A stretch of DNA of 62,000 nt from Octopus vulgaris (Eukaryota). The position numbers were made by a program, and so were the translations under genes. Positions 1 to 14,186 of the stretch are shown in pieces. The stretch lies in the NCBI GenBank assembly GCA_951406725.2, contig OX597823.1, forward strand, positions 26,060,001 through 26,122,000, given 5' to 3'. The first letter of the stretch is position 1, and the number at the start of each line of letters is the position of its first letter. The notes beneath the pieces were generated by a model. It made no database searches, was not told the origin of the DNA, and saw nothing but the letters and a program-made list of their open reading frames with translations.

Positions 1-23
1 TGTGCGGAAGAAAAAGGGAAGGA

Positions 24-54
<31 letters not shown>

Positions 55-254
55 AAAAAAGGGTGTGTGATGAAAAAGAGAGAGTGTGTGTGTGTGGTTG
101 ACATCTATCATTGCTTCTGTAATGTTCTGAATTTAAATATTAATATTAAATATCATTAATTTCTTTGTTTGTAAATACTGATGTATTTTTATTATCAGAT
201 ATTTTTAGATACTCCACACGATATAACACTACAAGTATTTTGTTGTTTTGTTTT

Positions 255-425
255 TAGCCCTTGGTCAACCCAGGTTAAGCAAATCAATGAATATGATCAG
301 TGCTATTCCTGTCTAGACCACACTCTATTTGTATATCTAGGAATGTTTTTCGCTGTGTTATTCATTTAAAAAAAAATGGATTGTATAATTTTAGCGAGAT
401 TTGGCTGCTATTTGTAGCAGGTCGA
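255..425 (-). repeat. Copy of unclassified ~200-bp interspersed repeat (GAAA-hairpin family)
   Basis: Minus strand CTGCTACAAATAGCAGCCAAATCTC ... GGGCTAAAAACAAAACAAC; aligns by eye with the other copies. Confidence 0.6.
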
Positions 426-751
426 GCAACCGATTAAGTATTTCTTCGTTGTCTTGAATTTTCATTTTTTTTTTTTTTTTGTCGAAGCAATGAATCCCTA
501 CATTGGTGTCTTTATAGAAAATAAGGCCAAAATTTATTATTTGAGGTGTTTCCATTCCTCTACTGGTAACTTATAGCCTCATTTTGGAAGTGGATACAGG
601 ATACATGTATTTTGATGGAGTTGGATATTTTTCATATTAATAAATACGTTTATAAGCATTTTTGCCTGTTGCTTATTTTATACATATATATAAATGTCGT
701 TATAGACTGTTGCTGTATTCTTCTGACACACCACAGTTTTACTTTTTTTAC

Positions 752-830
752 CGCGCCTTTGTAGTCCTTGTGGCAAAGCAGAGATCATCCACAGAGTCAA
801 CGTCACGAACAGAGAAAAAGCAACATCCAT
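752..830 (-). CDS. Candidate first coding exon encoding a signal peptide (MDVAFSLFVTLTLWMISALPQGLQRR + G, phase 1); gene unidentified
   Basis: ATG at 830 in an aaATGG context, 26 codons plus 1 nt, then GCG|GTAAAA donor. Hydrophobic core followed by a small-residue cleavage-like site (ISA|LP). Locally CpG-rich, with GC box and TATA-like motif upstream. Two out-of-frame upstream ATGs weaken the call. Confidence 0.45.
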
Positions 831-938
831 TTAACGCAAGAAGTCTGTTCAGCTTCCAACATCTAAAATTAGGGCGAACTTTCATGTCGAAAATGAAATT
901 ATTTTCCCTTTACATCTTCGTGTGCGAGTATCTCAACA

Positions 939-953
939 CCGCCCCTTTAAATA
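939..953 (-). promoter_or_regulatory. TATA-like (TATTTAAA) plus GC box (GGGGCGG) upstream of the candidate exon
   Basis: Minus strand reads TATTTAAAGGGGCGG about 110 nt upstream of the ATG at 830; motif match only. Confidence 0.3.
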
Positions 954-1029
954 ATAACAACACCAGCACCAAATAAAAGAACTGTCAGCCCCCCCCCCCC
1001 CACCCGACCCTCATAACATCATAAGTGAT

Positions 1030-1240
1030 AATGAGAGAGCCTTTGTATGGTCACTTGACTTGCTAGAAATAGTAGCCAAAATCGCCCTTAAATTAAACCC
1101 CACCGTCTTAAAAAAGAGAGAATAGATTGAATTATGCAGTTCGAGATTACTGGAGAGGTGGAGGGAATAAAACAAAGAACCGTTATGTCAGATGTCTGAT
1201 CATAGGTCTGCTCAATCACAGCTGACTTAGGGTTAAGCAT
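1030..1240 (+). repeat. Copy of GAAA-hairpin repeat family
   Basis: GGTCACTTGACTTGCTAGAAATAGTAGCCAAA...CCGTCTTAAAAAA...GATCATAGGTCTGCTC...; further copies near 13620, 15110, 33670, 34005, 40200, 47515, 48770, 59390, 61660, 61860. Confidence 0.7.
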
Positions 1241-1289
1241 CATGAAAAAGCTAATGAAACGATAATTATCAAAATAAACAAATATATAA

Positions 1290-1665
1290 ATAGTGGCTGT
1301 GTGGTAGGAAGTCTGCTTCCCAACCACATGGTTTCAGGTCTCACTGCATGGCACCATGGCTGTCTTCTATTTATAGCCCCAGGCTGACCAAGGCTTTGTG
1401 AATGAATTTGACAGACAAAAATCGACAGAAGCCTGTCGTGTGCGCGCACGCGAGTGTGTGTGTATTTATCTGTATTTGTCCACCACTACCACCTGACAAC
1501 CGGTGTTGGTTTGTTTTATGTAACTTAGCAGTTGGGCAAAAGAGACTGATCGAATAAGTATCAGGCATTAAAAAAAAAAAAGTAATGGGGTTGATTTGTT
1601 CGATTAAACCCTTTAAAACGATGCCTCAGCATGACCACAGTCAAGCGTCCGAAACAAGTAAGATT
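1290..1665 (+). mobile_element. tRNA-derived SINE, near full length
   Basis: Head GGCTGTGTGGTAGGAAGTCTGCTTCCCAACCACATGGTTTCAGGT (A/B-box-like), internal (GT)n, tail CAGCATGACCACAGTC...GAAACAAGTAA; same family as 28397-28775. Confidence 0.8.
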
Positions 1666-4329
1666 CAAGCAATAAGCAGCACCATTAGCAAATTGGATAG
1701 AATGATTCAAAGCATTTCTTTTGATTCACTGTGCTCAGATCCAATTGAGGAAAACTTTGCCTATCACCTTTTTGGAATATGAACCTAGGGTGATGGACTG
1801 GCACCACAAAAAGGGACACCAGAGAAGATACCTTGTAGCACTTGCTTGTGTTCTAAGTTGAAGCTCAGCCATAGTTTTAGAGTTGTAGATAGTTACCTGG
1901 TTTAACAAGACCACCTGGCAGCATGAGTGCCTTAGCAAAGTTGCAAGTGCACAGGCCAGGTCTTCCTTATCTCCCACCAGTCTCAGAGGCCTCATAAAAG
2001 CGTCATGAGCCATTACCTTACCCCATGACTAACAGTCAATATAAAAAAATGTTTAAATCTCTTACTATCCCAACCACATTTAGCAACTTGCTTGAAACCA
2101 TCCAGGTTCTATGATACAAATTTCATGTTTTTAATTGATCTAAATTTAAACCTTCACTCAAAATTTCATGTTAATTCAAGTTTCAAACACTAACTTAAGT
2201 CATTTTACTAAATTCTTCATTATTTTGATAATTGATTGAAACAGGGACAGTGTACTTCAATAGAAATATGGTACCAAAAGAGTTAACATTTGCAACTCCA
2301 GATATTGCATATTATATAAATTGTAACACACAACCATTCATTTCTACCACAGGCACAAAACCAGGTATTTTAGTGGGAGAAAGGACTTGATTGGTATTTT
2401 ATTTTATCAACCCTCAATGGTTTCTGATTTTGACATAAGGCCAATAATTTAGAGGGCAAGGGATTAGTCAAAACCACAGACCCCACAACTTGATAGGTAC
2501 ATTATTTTATTAACCCTGGTATCTCTTCTGATTCTTTATGTTCTGAGATCAAGTCCTGCTAAAGTCAATTTTGTCTTCCATCCTTTTGGCAGTCAATGAA
2601 ATAAAGTATCGATCAAGCATTGCCTTATTATTATTATTATGAAGCTTCTCATTTTAAATTATCTTATTGCCAGTTTTTATAAAATTAATTATAGTAAGTA
2701 ATGTTATATAGATATATTAAAATATTCAGCTTCTGTACATTTTTAGGCATTTCTTAAAGTAGTATTATAAGAATTCCTTTCATTACAACTGTCATTTATA
2801 AACATTAGCAGAACTCTGCTTCTGTGTTGTAAGCAGAAAGAAAGGCCATGTGTGTCAGACAAGATATGTGTAATGTATCCATCAAGATAGAGCACTTCTT
2901 TCCTTTTAGCTTTATATTTAGTCACCATCATCCTTTTAATGTCCACTTTTCCATGCTTGCATGGGTTTGATAGAATTTAAGGTAGATTTGTTAAGGCCAG
3001 ATACTCTTCCTGTCACCAAGCCATACCTGTTTCCAAGCAAGGTAATATTTCTCAATGGCTAGACATGTTTTCTCAGAATATTGGAAACAACCATTCATTT
3101 ACAACAATCACAAGTAAAAACACAAACACACACACACGACAGGCTGCTTTCAATTTCTGACTACCAAATCCACTCACAAGACTTTGGTGGGCTCAGGACT
3201 ATAGAAGACATTTTGCCCAAGGTGCCATGCAGTGGAACTGAACTAGTAATGTGGTTAGGGAGCAAGCTTCTTAACCACATAGCCATATCTGCACATACAT
3301 GTATGTATACATGCATGTAAACACACACAATTACACAAGTATACCTGTGTCACAAATATAAGTTTCATTAATTACAAAGAATGGTGGGTGCACCTTTCAA
3401 AATGACAGACAAAACCAATGATAAATTGTACTGAGTTTGTATTTAATAGCAAAAGGCTGAGACCAATAATTCATAAACGTGATTGTGCTATATAAGCACA
3501 TCACTTCTCCTGGTCCACCGAATGGCTGCCACTACTAGCAAACACATGTACCATTGACTTATTTTAATCAATCTTAACTATAAAAGGATAGTAAAAACAT
3601 AAATGGGATTATAAATAATTTCATTATCAAAAACTTGTTCTTGAAATACTTTCATAACTGGAATTTGTTGGGTTTTTTTTTAACACACACACACATATTG
3701 ATGAATTTATTTTTGAAATAACATGACAAACAAGCAATATCAGAAGTGCATGGCATTTCCAAAGGCATCAACTGTTGAGTTAAACTGTTGATAATGCATT
3801 TGATCAAACAATTAATGCTACAAAAACAACATTTTAACCCATATTTTCAGATTGTATTCAACTCCACAACTTTTATCCTTATTAGTTATTTTATAAATTT
3901 AATTTTGACATTTAATAACGAAAATATTTAAAGAATGGAAGTGTTCAATAATGAAATTATATTCTCAGTTATGTCTTTGATATTATCCTCTGAGTCTGAA
4001 GACAGTAAACTGATGGAACCAGTATTTGCTAGTAGTGCCAAACAATTTAATGATAATCATAAAAATGTAATTTAAAATGATAATATATTTCCAAAAATAA
4101 ATATTACCTTTGAATGATTTACATGTAATTATCATTATTCCAGAATTCCTTTCACTCACTCTTTCCTCCTGTTTGCCAGTGACAGAAGAGTGAGAAACAC
4201 CTCATCCTTCAACTCACTTTCATTTTACTAGTCATTCATTCTCTATTCATTGTTTGATACAGTATCCTCATCCCCCTCTCTCCCTCCCAATTTAATGAGA
4301 TAGCATATAAAAACATCACAGTCATTATT

Positions 4330-5435
4330 TTATATATGTACACCATGTGGCTTGGGTTTGCAAGCAAAGATTTATAGAGGAGACTGTCCATGTCTGTTAG
4401 AAGCTTGCTGATGCATAAAAAGTCTGATTCAAGACAAACAAGCACAACTGCAGAAACTGCATGGCTGATTAGGACTGGTTGTGGTGTCCTTGCTTTCTTT
4501 CTCTTTTTTCTTGTCTGCAAGAATAGTCCTGCAGGTGTCTTCAAAGGAGCTGTTGCCCAGTGGACAATGAGATGCCAGATTTCACAGTCAGCAGCAAGAA
4601 CAGACCTCTGGTGGTAATCTATGTAGTCAGCACCAAGCAATTTCTTTAGGGAGCCCTTGTACCGCTTCTTTAGTATGCCTTTATCAGTGACCAGAGCTGA
4701 GTTCACCATACAGTGTAATCTTGGGAAGTCAATGACTCCCCATCCTGGTAGTATGTCCTGTCCAACGTAGCAGAGTTGTTTCAATGCTAGTGACCTTCAC
4801 CTGCTCTTGGACCAAGACATTAGTGGCATAAAATGATGCCAGGGTAGTTGCAATGGAATCACTCAAGTTGAAGGTGGTGCTCATAGATGATCCATGACTC
4901 TGAGCCATAGAAGAGAGTGGTCAGAAAGACAGCTCTGTATATACTAATCTTAGTCCCCTTCTTCAAATGGTTATTGTTCAGACTCTTTTGTACAATCTGC
5001 CAAATGCGTTGGTTGCCTTGGCCAGTCTGTTATTAACCTCCTTGTCAATTTCAGCATCTGATAAGATAGTGCACCCTAGGTAGGTGAACTGCTTGGCTGT
5101 CTTTAGTCCAGTCTCCCTGATGGTGATGTGAGGGACATGGTATTCTTGCTGTTGTGCTGGTTGATGCAGGACTTCTGTTATCTTTAAACTGATTTCTAGG
5201 CCAAAATGCTGGGTAGCTTCTGCAAGTCAAGGAGAGGCATCTTGCAGAGCTGTGTCTAGATGGGTAACAAGAATAGCATCTGCAAAAGAGTAATTCATGG
5301 AGTTGCTCCAGTGTTTTCATGTGAACTTGCAGGCACCTCAGATTGAAAAGGCTGCCATCAGTATGCTACCAAGTGTAGATGCCATCTTCTTCATCAAGGT
5401 CTTCAGTGGCTAGCTGCAGCATCATACATATAGAC
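4330..5435 (-). mobile_element. RTE-clade (BovB-like) LINE, 5'-truncated, degenerate RT C-terminal half
   Basis: Translates to QFTYLGCTI..EIDKEVNNRLAKATNAFGRLYKR and KKRYKGSLKKLL..IDYHQ..LAAD; frameshifts and stops. Confidence 0.9.
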
Positions 5436-6260
5436 GTATAGATTTTATGATCTATGGATCCTCTTCCATCAGTTTCAGCAGTGAGTATTCCAGTTGTTAG
5501 ATCACTTACATTACCTACTCATTCAATTAAGCACCTGAGCATTTCACACACTTGTACCTTTTGATGTAATTCTCAGACAAATAAGTATGATATAGCATAT
5601 GGTAAGGATACCCTTATAGTAAATTATAGGTGCAACCTATCCATTTGGCTTCCACATAGTTTCTAATACCCAATTTCATTCACAAGAGACAAAAAATAAA
5701 TCAACTCCACTTGTTTAAAAAAAAAAAAAAAATTCCATGTATGATTAGATGGATATCAGAGTATATCCACCTCAAGAATATAATAGCATTAGCAGAATTC
5801 AGAGCTTTGGAAAGGACAGGTGTAGTAATCAAGAGGTAAGAAAACAATGTCAAACAGTGAATTTTCATTTGACAAAATGAAGAAAACTATTACAGTATAC
5901 ATGTAAATACATAACATACTCCTATACAAAAGCACCACAGCTGTATGAAGAAAATTTAAATATGTTTTTACAAATCACGATCACCATTGATTCACATCCA
6001 TGTTTCACACAGGCATGCATTGGATAGTTTGACAGGGTCTCGTGGTTCCAAGTGGTCCCATGTCTGCTTTGGCATGATCTCTATGGCTGAATGCTCTTCC
6101 TAATGCCTTTCACTTCACAGCATATACAAGGTGCTTTTTCATGGCACCAACATTAGTAAGGTCACCATGCTACTTACAGGACTATGAATCCGAAGGTGGG
6201 TGGCTTTATGCTAGGAGATGAGGGGTAAAAGTCTGTGTTAGGCGATGTTCTCTTTCTTTC

Positions 6261-6289
<29 letters not shown>

Positions 6290-6291
<2 letters not shown>

Positions 6292-6500
6292 TTAGTGGAG
6301 TATTCTGTGTAGTGTTAGGTGGGGATTCTCTCTACTATTTAGTGGAGTTTTGTGTCTCTAGCATTCGCGGGGTGTATTCTGTGTAGCTTTCAGGATCTGA
6401 TGGGTATTCTCTAAAGTGTTTAGTCGGGTATTGTCTGTGTTAGGCTGGTAATGTTCTCTCTGTAGTGTTTAGTCGGGTATTGTCTGTTTTAGGCTGTTTT
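6290..6500. repeat. Degenerate minisatellite
   Basis: Recurrent TATTCTGTGTAG / GTGTTTAGTCGGGTATTGTCTG units. Confidence 0.55.
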
Positions 6501-7019
6501 GATGTAGAAGAACTACATGACTATTCAAATATTAGAAGAGAGGGTGGAAGGTGATCAGGTGGAGCTGGAAAGCAATAAAAATGGTGGCAATAGGGCATTA
6601 AACATTAAAAAAATATAACCTTGGTAATTAAGAACTTAGTTGATCACAAATATAATTAAACTCCAATATTATCACAATGCAGTAAATCCAGGTGGAACAA
6701 ACTTGCATGTAATAAAAAGCAAAAAAACATAAATCTAACAGAATTCATAATTTGAATGTGCTTTACGGTTGTTTTAGTGGAATAAAATATGTCATTATCA
6801 ATCATCATCATCATTTAATGTCCTCGCTTCGTGCTGGCATGGAATGGATGGCTTGACAGGATCTGACAGGGTCCAAAGACTACATTGTGTCCCCCGCTGT
6901 CTACTTTGGCATAGTTTCTATGGTTAGATGCCCTTCCTAACAACAGCCACTTTACAGCATGAACTGGGTGCTTTTTACATACCACTTGCACTAGTGCAGC
7001 TTGCAAACCTATGAACCCC

Positions 7020-8720
7020 AAGAGAGATGGTTTCATGCTAAGATTAAAGTACAAGAGTAGGGTCCCGGGGGGGGGGGGGTAGAACAGGTTTCTCACTGTA
7101 GAGGGGCCACATGGCAACTCACATTTCAGAGAGGGTGGGAGGTGATTGGGGTGGAATGAAGAAGAGATAAAAATAGTAGTAATGAAGCATTGGTGAATAC
7201 AAGAAGGGTACAAGGTGAGTAGAAGAAGTACAAACAAAAGGATTGGGAACGTGGGCAGGGAAAGGTTGTATGAGTGTATGGGAGAGTGAGAGATGGGGTA
7301 TGGGTAAGGAGGTGAGTAAAGAGAAAGAAGAACAAGTGTTGATAAGGTAGATGAGTAGGAGACAACTGTAGAGAAGGGGTAAAGTTGTGAGGTGGATGTA
7401 GTGAATGTTGGATAAGGGGTAGGAAGATGACCAATGATTATGGGGTGAAGAGAAACAGAATAGTAGTGATTATACAGTAAATGGGGGGGGTGAGATAGAG
7501 ATTGAGTTGGGTAGGTTGTATGAGTGGGTAGGAGGCAAGTATAGTGTATGGAAAGTGCAAGAAACAAATGGTGATGAAGGTGAGATGATTTGGTGGAACA
7601 GGGGGTGGGAGGTTAATATAAAGTGTGGATGGAGAGGACTATTAAGGATGAGGGGCTGGATATCAAGTAAAATGGTTCCAGGGTAGTGAGAAGGATTATT
7701 TGTACATAGTTGTATATATCATTATTTAACGTCCATTTTCCATGGCTGGATGGACTGACAGGGTCAACAAGCTGCAAGACTGCATCAAACTTCAGCTTCT
7801 AGGGCTCGATGCCCTTCCAAATAATACCAACCACTTTACAGCATGTACTGGGCTGCTTTTTCTTTTTCTTTTTTTTTTTTGTATCACTGACATTAATAAG
7901 GTCACCAGGTGACTTGCAATAGAGGAAAGTATAATAGAGGGAAAAGAAAAGAGAGAAAAAGAAAATACCCTTGAATAAGTTGGAAGGAAGAATATTAGGA
8001 TGAGGTGTAAGAGAAGTGTTGAGGTTTAAAAAGTATGGCAGAGGATAGCCCAGGTGTCTTGCAATAGACTACATACATGGATACTCTACATTATATGAGG
8101 GTGGGAATAGCTGGAAAGAGATGATGGTGATTAGATGCCAGAGTGTCTCAAGGTGATGTAAGAGAAGAGGAGATGGTCAGAAACATGGGTAGTGGGGAAA
8201 AACTGGAAATGCAGTTTGGTAAATATCAGTATTGGAGAAGGAGTAAAGTAAGAGGGATAGAAGTGGCTCAGGAAGGAGAGCAGATTGAAAAATAGGGGGA
8301 AGATGTACAAAGAGTGGTGGAAAAAGAGGTGCAGAGATACAAAGAGGGACTATAGTAAGTGGGCTGTGAAGAAAGTGTTGGGAATGATAGCATATATGAG
8401 AGGGAGATGGCTGAAGATACACAAAAGAGGTAGTGATCAATAGAAACAATGCAGGAGGAGAGGATAATGAAAATGAGGAATGGAAGAGGTCCTAGGGTGG
8501 GATGGAGGAAACTGGAAGTAGAGTTGTAACATGTACAGATTCTGCTCTCAAGTGATTACAGCAGCTGGCATTATCATAGGTAGAGAGCAGTAATGTGTGT
8601 TATATTTGGGAGAACGCTTGACAAGAAAGGCCTTGCACATACAAGCACAACCAAGGTGGTTTTAGGACATTGTTTTTGCATTGATAGATGGGTCTTCTCA
8701 AGCACAATCAATTGCCAATC
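7020..8720 (-). mobile_element. Old RTE LINE 3' end with long strand-biased (pyrimidine-rich on element strand) 3' UTR, interrupted by a tail fragment near 7720-7900
   Basis: DRDDWQLIVLEKT C-terminus; GTCCTAAAACCACCTTGGT and CACTTGAGAGCAGAAT are shared with the copy at 55150-55300. Confidence 0.6.
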
Positions 8721-8974
8721 ATCTCGGTCCATATATATGCATTTCATACGTACACACACACATATATATAACAACCAGTGTTGGTTTGTTTGCATACTCT
8801 TAATAGAAACTCAGAGGTCTGGCAAAAGAGAGAGAATAAGTGCCAGGAATAAAAAGTAAGCACTGGGGTCAATTTGTTTGACTAGACCCTTCAAGGTGGT
8901 GCCTCAGCATGACTGTAGTCTAATGGCTGAGACAAGTAAAAGATAAAAGACACATATGCATGTGTGTACTCACA

Positions 8975-9300
8975 CACTATCATCATCATCATTTAATGTC
9001 TGTTTCCCATGCTGGCATGTGTCAGATGGTTTGAGTGGAACTGGTAAGTCGGAGAACTGCACCCGGTCCCAATCTGATTTGACATGGATTCTACAGCTGG
9101 ACGCCAACCATTCCAAGTGTGTAATGGGTGCTTTTTATGTGCCGCCAGCATGAGTGCCATTTGCATAACACTAGCAACAGCCACGACTATGATTTCATGG
9201 GTGACCTTTACACGGCACTGGCAACAGCCATGACTACGGTTTCACTTGGCTCGACGAGTCTTCTCAAGCACAGTATATCGCCAAAGGTGTTGGTCAGTGC
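8975..9300 (-). mobile_element. RTE 3' UTR/tail fragment
   Basis: (ATC)n tail plus the core shared with other copies; similar fragments at 6805-7020, 10255-10515, 10700-11000, 30600-30785, 38900-39000, 41090-41255, 56400-56520. Confidence 0.75.
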
Positions 9301-9905
9301 TTAACATACTCTAATTTGACCATGCAAACATAGAAATGTGGACATTATAATATATATGTAAATATATGTGTGTGTGTTATTTCACTTAAGGATTGATTGC
9401 AACACTAATAAGCTGGCATTAGAATTCAATATACGTATCCTTCAGAAAAAAGCATCAGTTGAGTACAGATCAGTAATAAGAGATTAAATATAAGACAAGC
9501 TGTTTCTGCTGTAAGATACAATGCACTCATAGTTGAATGCTTGTGCCTCAACCTATACTTTTTTAATGGTAAAGCTTTTCCTATATGTGTGTATGTGTCT
9601 GTGTATTTTTTTATTCTTTTACATGTTCCAGTTATTTGATGGCAGCACCACCCTGAAGTGTTTTAGTCAAACAAATCACCCCACCCCCCAGGACTTATTT
9701 TTAAAGTCTAGTACTTATTCTATCAGTCACTTTTACCAAACCACTAAGTTACAGGGACGCAAATACACCAACACTAGTTTTGTCAAGCAGAGATGGGGAG
9801 GGGAACACTGACACACAGAGATTATATACATAGATATGTATATATAAAAATACAATGGCCTTCTTTCAGTTTCCGTCTACCAAATTCACCCACAAGACTT
9901 TGGTT

Positions 9906-10258
9906 GACCTGAGGCTATCGTACAAGACACTTACCTAACAATGGGATTGAACCCAGAACTATGTGGTTGGGAAGCAAGTTTCTTACCACACAGCCACTAT
10001 ATATCGTTGCCAGCACCACCAGACCTGAGGCTATCGTACAAGACACTTACCTAACAATGGGATTGAACCCAGAACTATGTGGTTGGGAAGCAAGTTTCTT
10101 ACCACACAGCCACTATATATCGTTGCCAGCACCACCAGACCTGAGGCTATCGTACAAGACACTTACCTAACAATGGGATTGAACCCAGAACCATGTGGTT
10201 GGGAAGCAAGTTTCTTACCACACAGCCACTATATATCGTTGCCAGCACCACCAGACTG
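9906..10258. repeat. 116-bp tandem triplication spanning a SINE head / RTE-tail junction
   Basis: Unit starts at 9906, 10022 and 10138; copies are essentially identical (one T/C difference noticed). Confidence 0.95.
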
Positions 10259-11125
10259 GCTCCCATGCAGGTAGCACGAAAAAAACACCTTTTGAGCGTG
10301 GTTGTTGCCAGAACCGCCTGACTGGCCCTCGTGCCAGTGGCATGTAAAAGCACCCACTACACCCTCAGAGTGGTTGGCGTTACGAAGGGCATCCAGCTGT
10401 AGAAACTTTGCCAGATCAGATTGGAGCCTGGTGCAGCCTTCTGGTTCGCTAGTCCTCAGTCAAACCGTCCAACCCATGCCAGCATGGAAAGCGGACGTTA
10501 AACGACGACGATGATGATATATATATATAAATGCTTTCCCAAATAAGATTGCACTTCATTTTTGAAGCTCTGATGAAGCCATAGGGTGATACACAAGTAT
10601 TCAACTATGAATGCATTGCATCTTGGAGCAGCAACAAGTATAAGCTAGTGAAGTTCATTACATAATTTTCTTCTTCTCTGTTATTTAATTTCTCATATAT
10701 CATCATCATCACTTAACATCTGTTGTCCATGCTTGCATGGGTTGGATGGTTTTAACCAGGGCTGATAAGCTGAGGAGCTGCACCAGACTCCAGTCTGATT
10801 TGGCATGGTTTCTACACCTGGATGCCTTTCTTAACACCAACCACTCCGAGAGTGTACTTTCATGTGCCAGTCGCATGATACCAGTATCTGCCATAACTTC
10901 GATTTCACTTCGTTTGATGGGTCTTCTCAAGCACAGCATATTGCCAAGGGTCTCGGTCATTAGTCACGGCTTCTGTGAAGCTCAACGCTCTTGCCAATAA
11001 TAGACAAAACCAACCTAGTTATCTAGGTTACATGTATTGCCTGGTGGTTAAGAAGCTCAACTTACAATCGTGTAGTTTCAGGTTCAGTCCCATAGCATAG
11101 CTGTTTGGGGAGGTATATACTTCAA

Positions 11126-11346
11126 CCCTTTAGCATTTTAACCAACCATATCTGGCCAAAATATTCTACTTGTTTTATGTTCAAACTGACCAGATCTAGC
11201 CTCTAACACCTACCTACCCTACAATGCCATTGTAAAAATAAGCAGTCACATCATAATCTTGAAGGTGCAATTATAATGCAGGATTAATTCAAATAATGTG
11301 GATTAATAAATATTACATTTGATAGAATAATCTGAATGCTAAAGGG
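11126..11346. mobile_element. piggyBac-like MITE inserted in a SINE
   Basis: TIRs CCCTTTAGCATT / AATGCTAAAGGG, flanks TCAA / TTAA; the SINE (about 11035-11420) resumes after it. Confidence 0.8.
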
Positions 11347-14154
11347 TTAACCTGGGCCAAACAAAGCTTTGTGAATGAAATTGGTATAGAAATCATAGGG
11401 AGCTTGTTTGTGCGTGAGTACACGCTTGTTGATATACCATACTTGTCAGTACTTAGTGGTGATGTTGATGACATGTCTGGTCACTGTACATTCAAGGACT
11501 TCGGGGGGGGGGGGACTTTCACTTTAAAAAAAACATGCTGGTGAAGAAAAGGCAACTGACACTGAAATGCAACTCTTCACAAGTTTCCACCTATTCTATG
11601 CCAGCATGGAAAAATGGAGACAAAACAGATGTATGTCTACACACAAGCATATACAAGGATATACATATCATTTCAACTTCTACTTTCCTATGCTTGTATG
11701 GGTTTGCTGTTTGTTGAAGCAGATTTTCTATGCCCAAATACTCTTTCTGTCACAATCTTCCAACTGCTTCCAAGCCTTGTAATATTTCTCTTAGTTGTTC
11801 AAACATGAACATTACAATGGGTCGACGTGTTTTCAAAGAGGATTGTAAAAAAATTACAACACTTGTATAAGAGTGAAGCTTGTTGAAAACTGTTGCTCAA
11901 TGTCAAGGCAAGGGGATGCAAACACCTCTTTCAATGTCCATCTACCAAATTCGCTGAAGCCACTGGTCAACATGAGGTTGTAACAGAAGACACTTTTTCA
12001 AAGTACTGCATAGTAGGACTGAACTCAAAACCACATGGTCGGAAAGCAAGCTGATTATCTACCCAGCAATAAATATATGCACACTTATATACACATATAC
12101 ATGCTATGTAGTAGGGATAATATGGTTATATGTTTAAGAAGTTTGATCTGCAATCATGAGATCATGGTTATACATAACATCTTGGATCATTTTCTAGAGC
12201 CTCAAAATTGACCCATAATTTCTAAGTGAAATTGGTAGCTAGATTAGCCTTGTCTCTGACTCTATATTTAACAAATTAAGAATTCCATATTTAACATATT
12301 AAGTTTCAATATATTATTATTCATTAAAATAACTGTAAATGGAATGAATTTGCAGAGAGATAAGTTGACAAGAAAATGTTTGAGTTTGATATAGGTGCAG
12401 ACTAGCTTGTATGGTGAAGTTTGCTATCCATTATAAGTCACTATGGGCAAGTGTCTTCTACTATAGCCACAGGCTAACCAAAGCCTTGTGAGTGGATCTG
12501 ATAGATCGAAAGTCAAAGAAAACTGTCGTGTGTATGTCGTGTGTTCGCAGGAGTGAGTGAGTTCATATTTCCCTCGTCTTCATTGGTTGTAAACAATGTC
12601 CTTGCAAGCAGTGTCGTTTGTTTGCAGTTCTCTGCATAACTATGTTAAAGCAACATGTCTATTGCTCGATAGTCTGGAAGATTATTATCACACTTGAAAA
12701 CAGGTGGGAATTGGTGTGAGGAAGGGCATCTAGCCGTAGAAAATTCTGCTCTTACCAGGTCCATGCAAGAATGGAAAAGTAGATGTTAAATAATGATAAT
12801 AGACTACATACACAGATACAAATATCTATGCATATGCAGACCAACAGATACAGTCGTTCACGCATAAATCATCATACACAGACATATATTACATATATAT
12901 ATACACACACACACACAATTATATATCTATATATACACACAATTATATATCTATATATACACACATTTTTATATCTGTGTCTGTCTATTATCTAGCTATC
13001 TACACAAAGACTCTAATATATATGCACACACATACTCAGACATGTCCATATACACTAACACAATTCTCTCTCTCATACTATGTAATATAAACATACATAT
13101 GTATGTATGAATTAGAGTTATTGTTGCTCAATTAATTAGCCACTGCCAATTAATAGTGTCACTGAACAAGAAATTGAAGGTAGCGACGGTGAAGATGAAG
13201 GCATTAAACAGTAAACGATGCTGTGTGAATAATTTCAGCAGCAAATCATCTCTAGCTTGAACAACAATTACTTCTGCTACTACAACTTGAACAAAGCATG
13301 AACATCACTTTATCTCACTTCTACAAATACTAGAGCTGAGTAAGGCATGAATATCACCTCATCTCAACCCTACTTAACTGTAGATACGAGCTCAACAAAC
13401 GCCTGTATTACGTACGAGTATGGACATCGTATAATCTAATTTATCAGTCTTAGAAACCTGTGGCCTTGAGCTTACATGTTGCAAAGAAAGAAATCATCAT
13501 CATTATTATTGTTGTTGTTGTTGTTGTTACTATCACAGACAATAGCCATTATTTACTATTAAAATTATTCTTGTTACACTCTTGCCATTGTTGCTGTTGC
13601 AGCTACTATATACTAAGAAACCAAAGAGGTCTCTATGTTAGTAGTTCGACATGCTAGAAATAGTAGCCAACTTTTTTTATCAACTCACACCATATCTTAA
13701 AAAGGGGAGGATATACTAATGCCTAAAAAATACGAGATCATAGACTTGATCGATGAGATTTACCTGGGGTAATAATGCTTACAATAATATATTATTAGTA
13801 GCCATGTTATATTATTGTGAAACAAGTTACTACTACATTAGAGTAAGCGTTATTACATCTATTATTAACTATTTTGGGAAGAAAAACAACAAACATGTAT
13901 TCTATTTTTCATATAATTATTACTGCATAAACCCCATAACGTTTTGTAATTTATCCTTGTAATTTCAGAGGTTCACTTCGCCGTTTATCCTTCTAGGGTC
14001 GATAAAATAAAGTACCAGTCAAGTACTGGAGTCGATAGTATAGGCTAATCCCTAATTAGCTCTCTTCTGGCCTTATATCTAAATTAGAAACCAATATCTT
14101 CTAGTGTAAGTCATTCTGATAAAGGAAATCTATTGTTGTTGTATGTTAAAAACG

Positions 14155-14186
<32 letters not shown>

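Noticed and set aside
1060-1076. GCTAGAAATAGC matches the Cas9 sgRNA scaffold tetraloop
   Set aside because: Only a 12-mer; the flanks do not match the scaffold and it sits in a diverged native repeat family. No CRISPR repeats, spacers or cas genes in the window.
5752-5850. Possible plus-strand exon WISEYIHLKNIIALAEFRALERTGVVIK
   Set aside because: Good donor but no polypyrimidine acceptor, no partner exons and no recognised homology.
6640-6720. Weak resemblance to STAM exon 2 (WSLI..ICDQL)
   Set aside because: Needs frameshifts, has stops and lacks the EKATSE segment.
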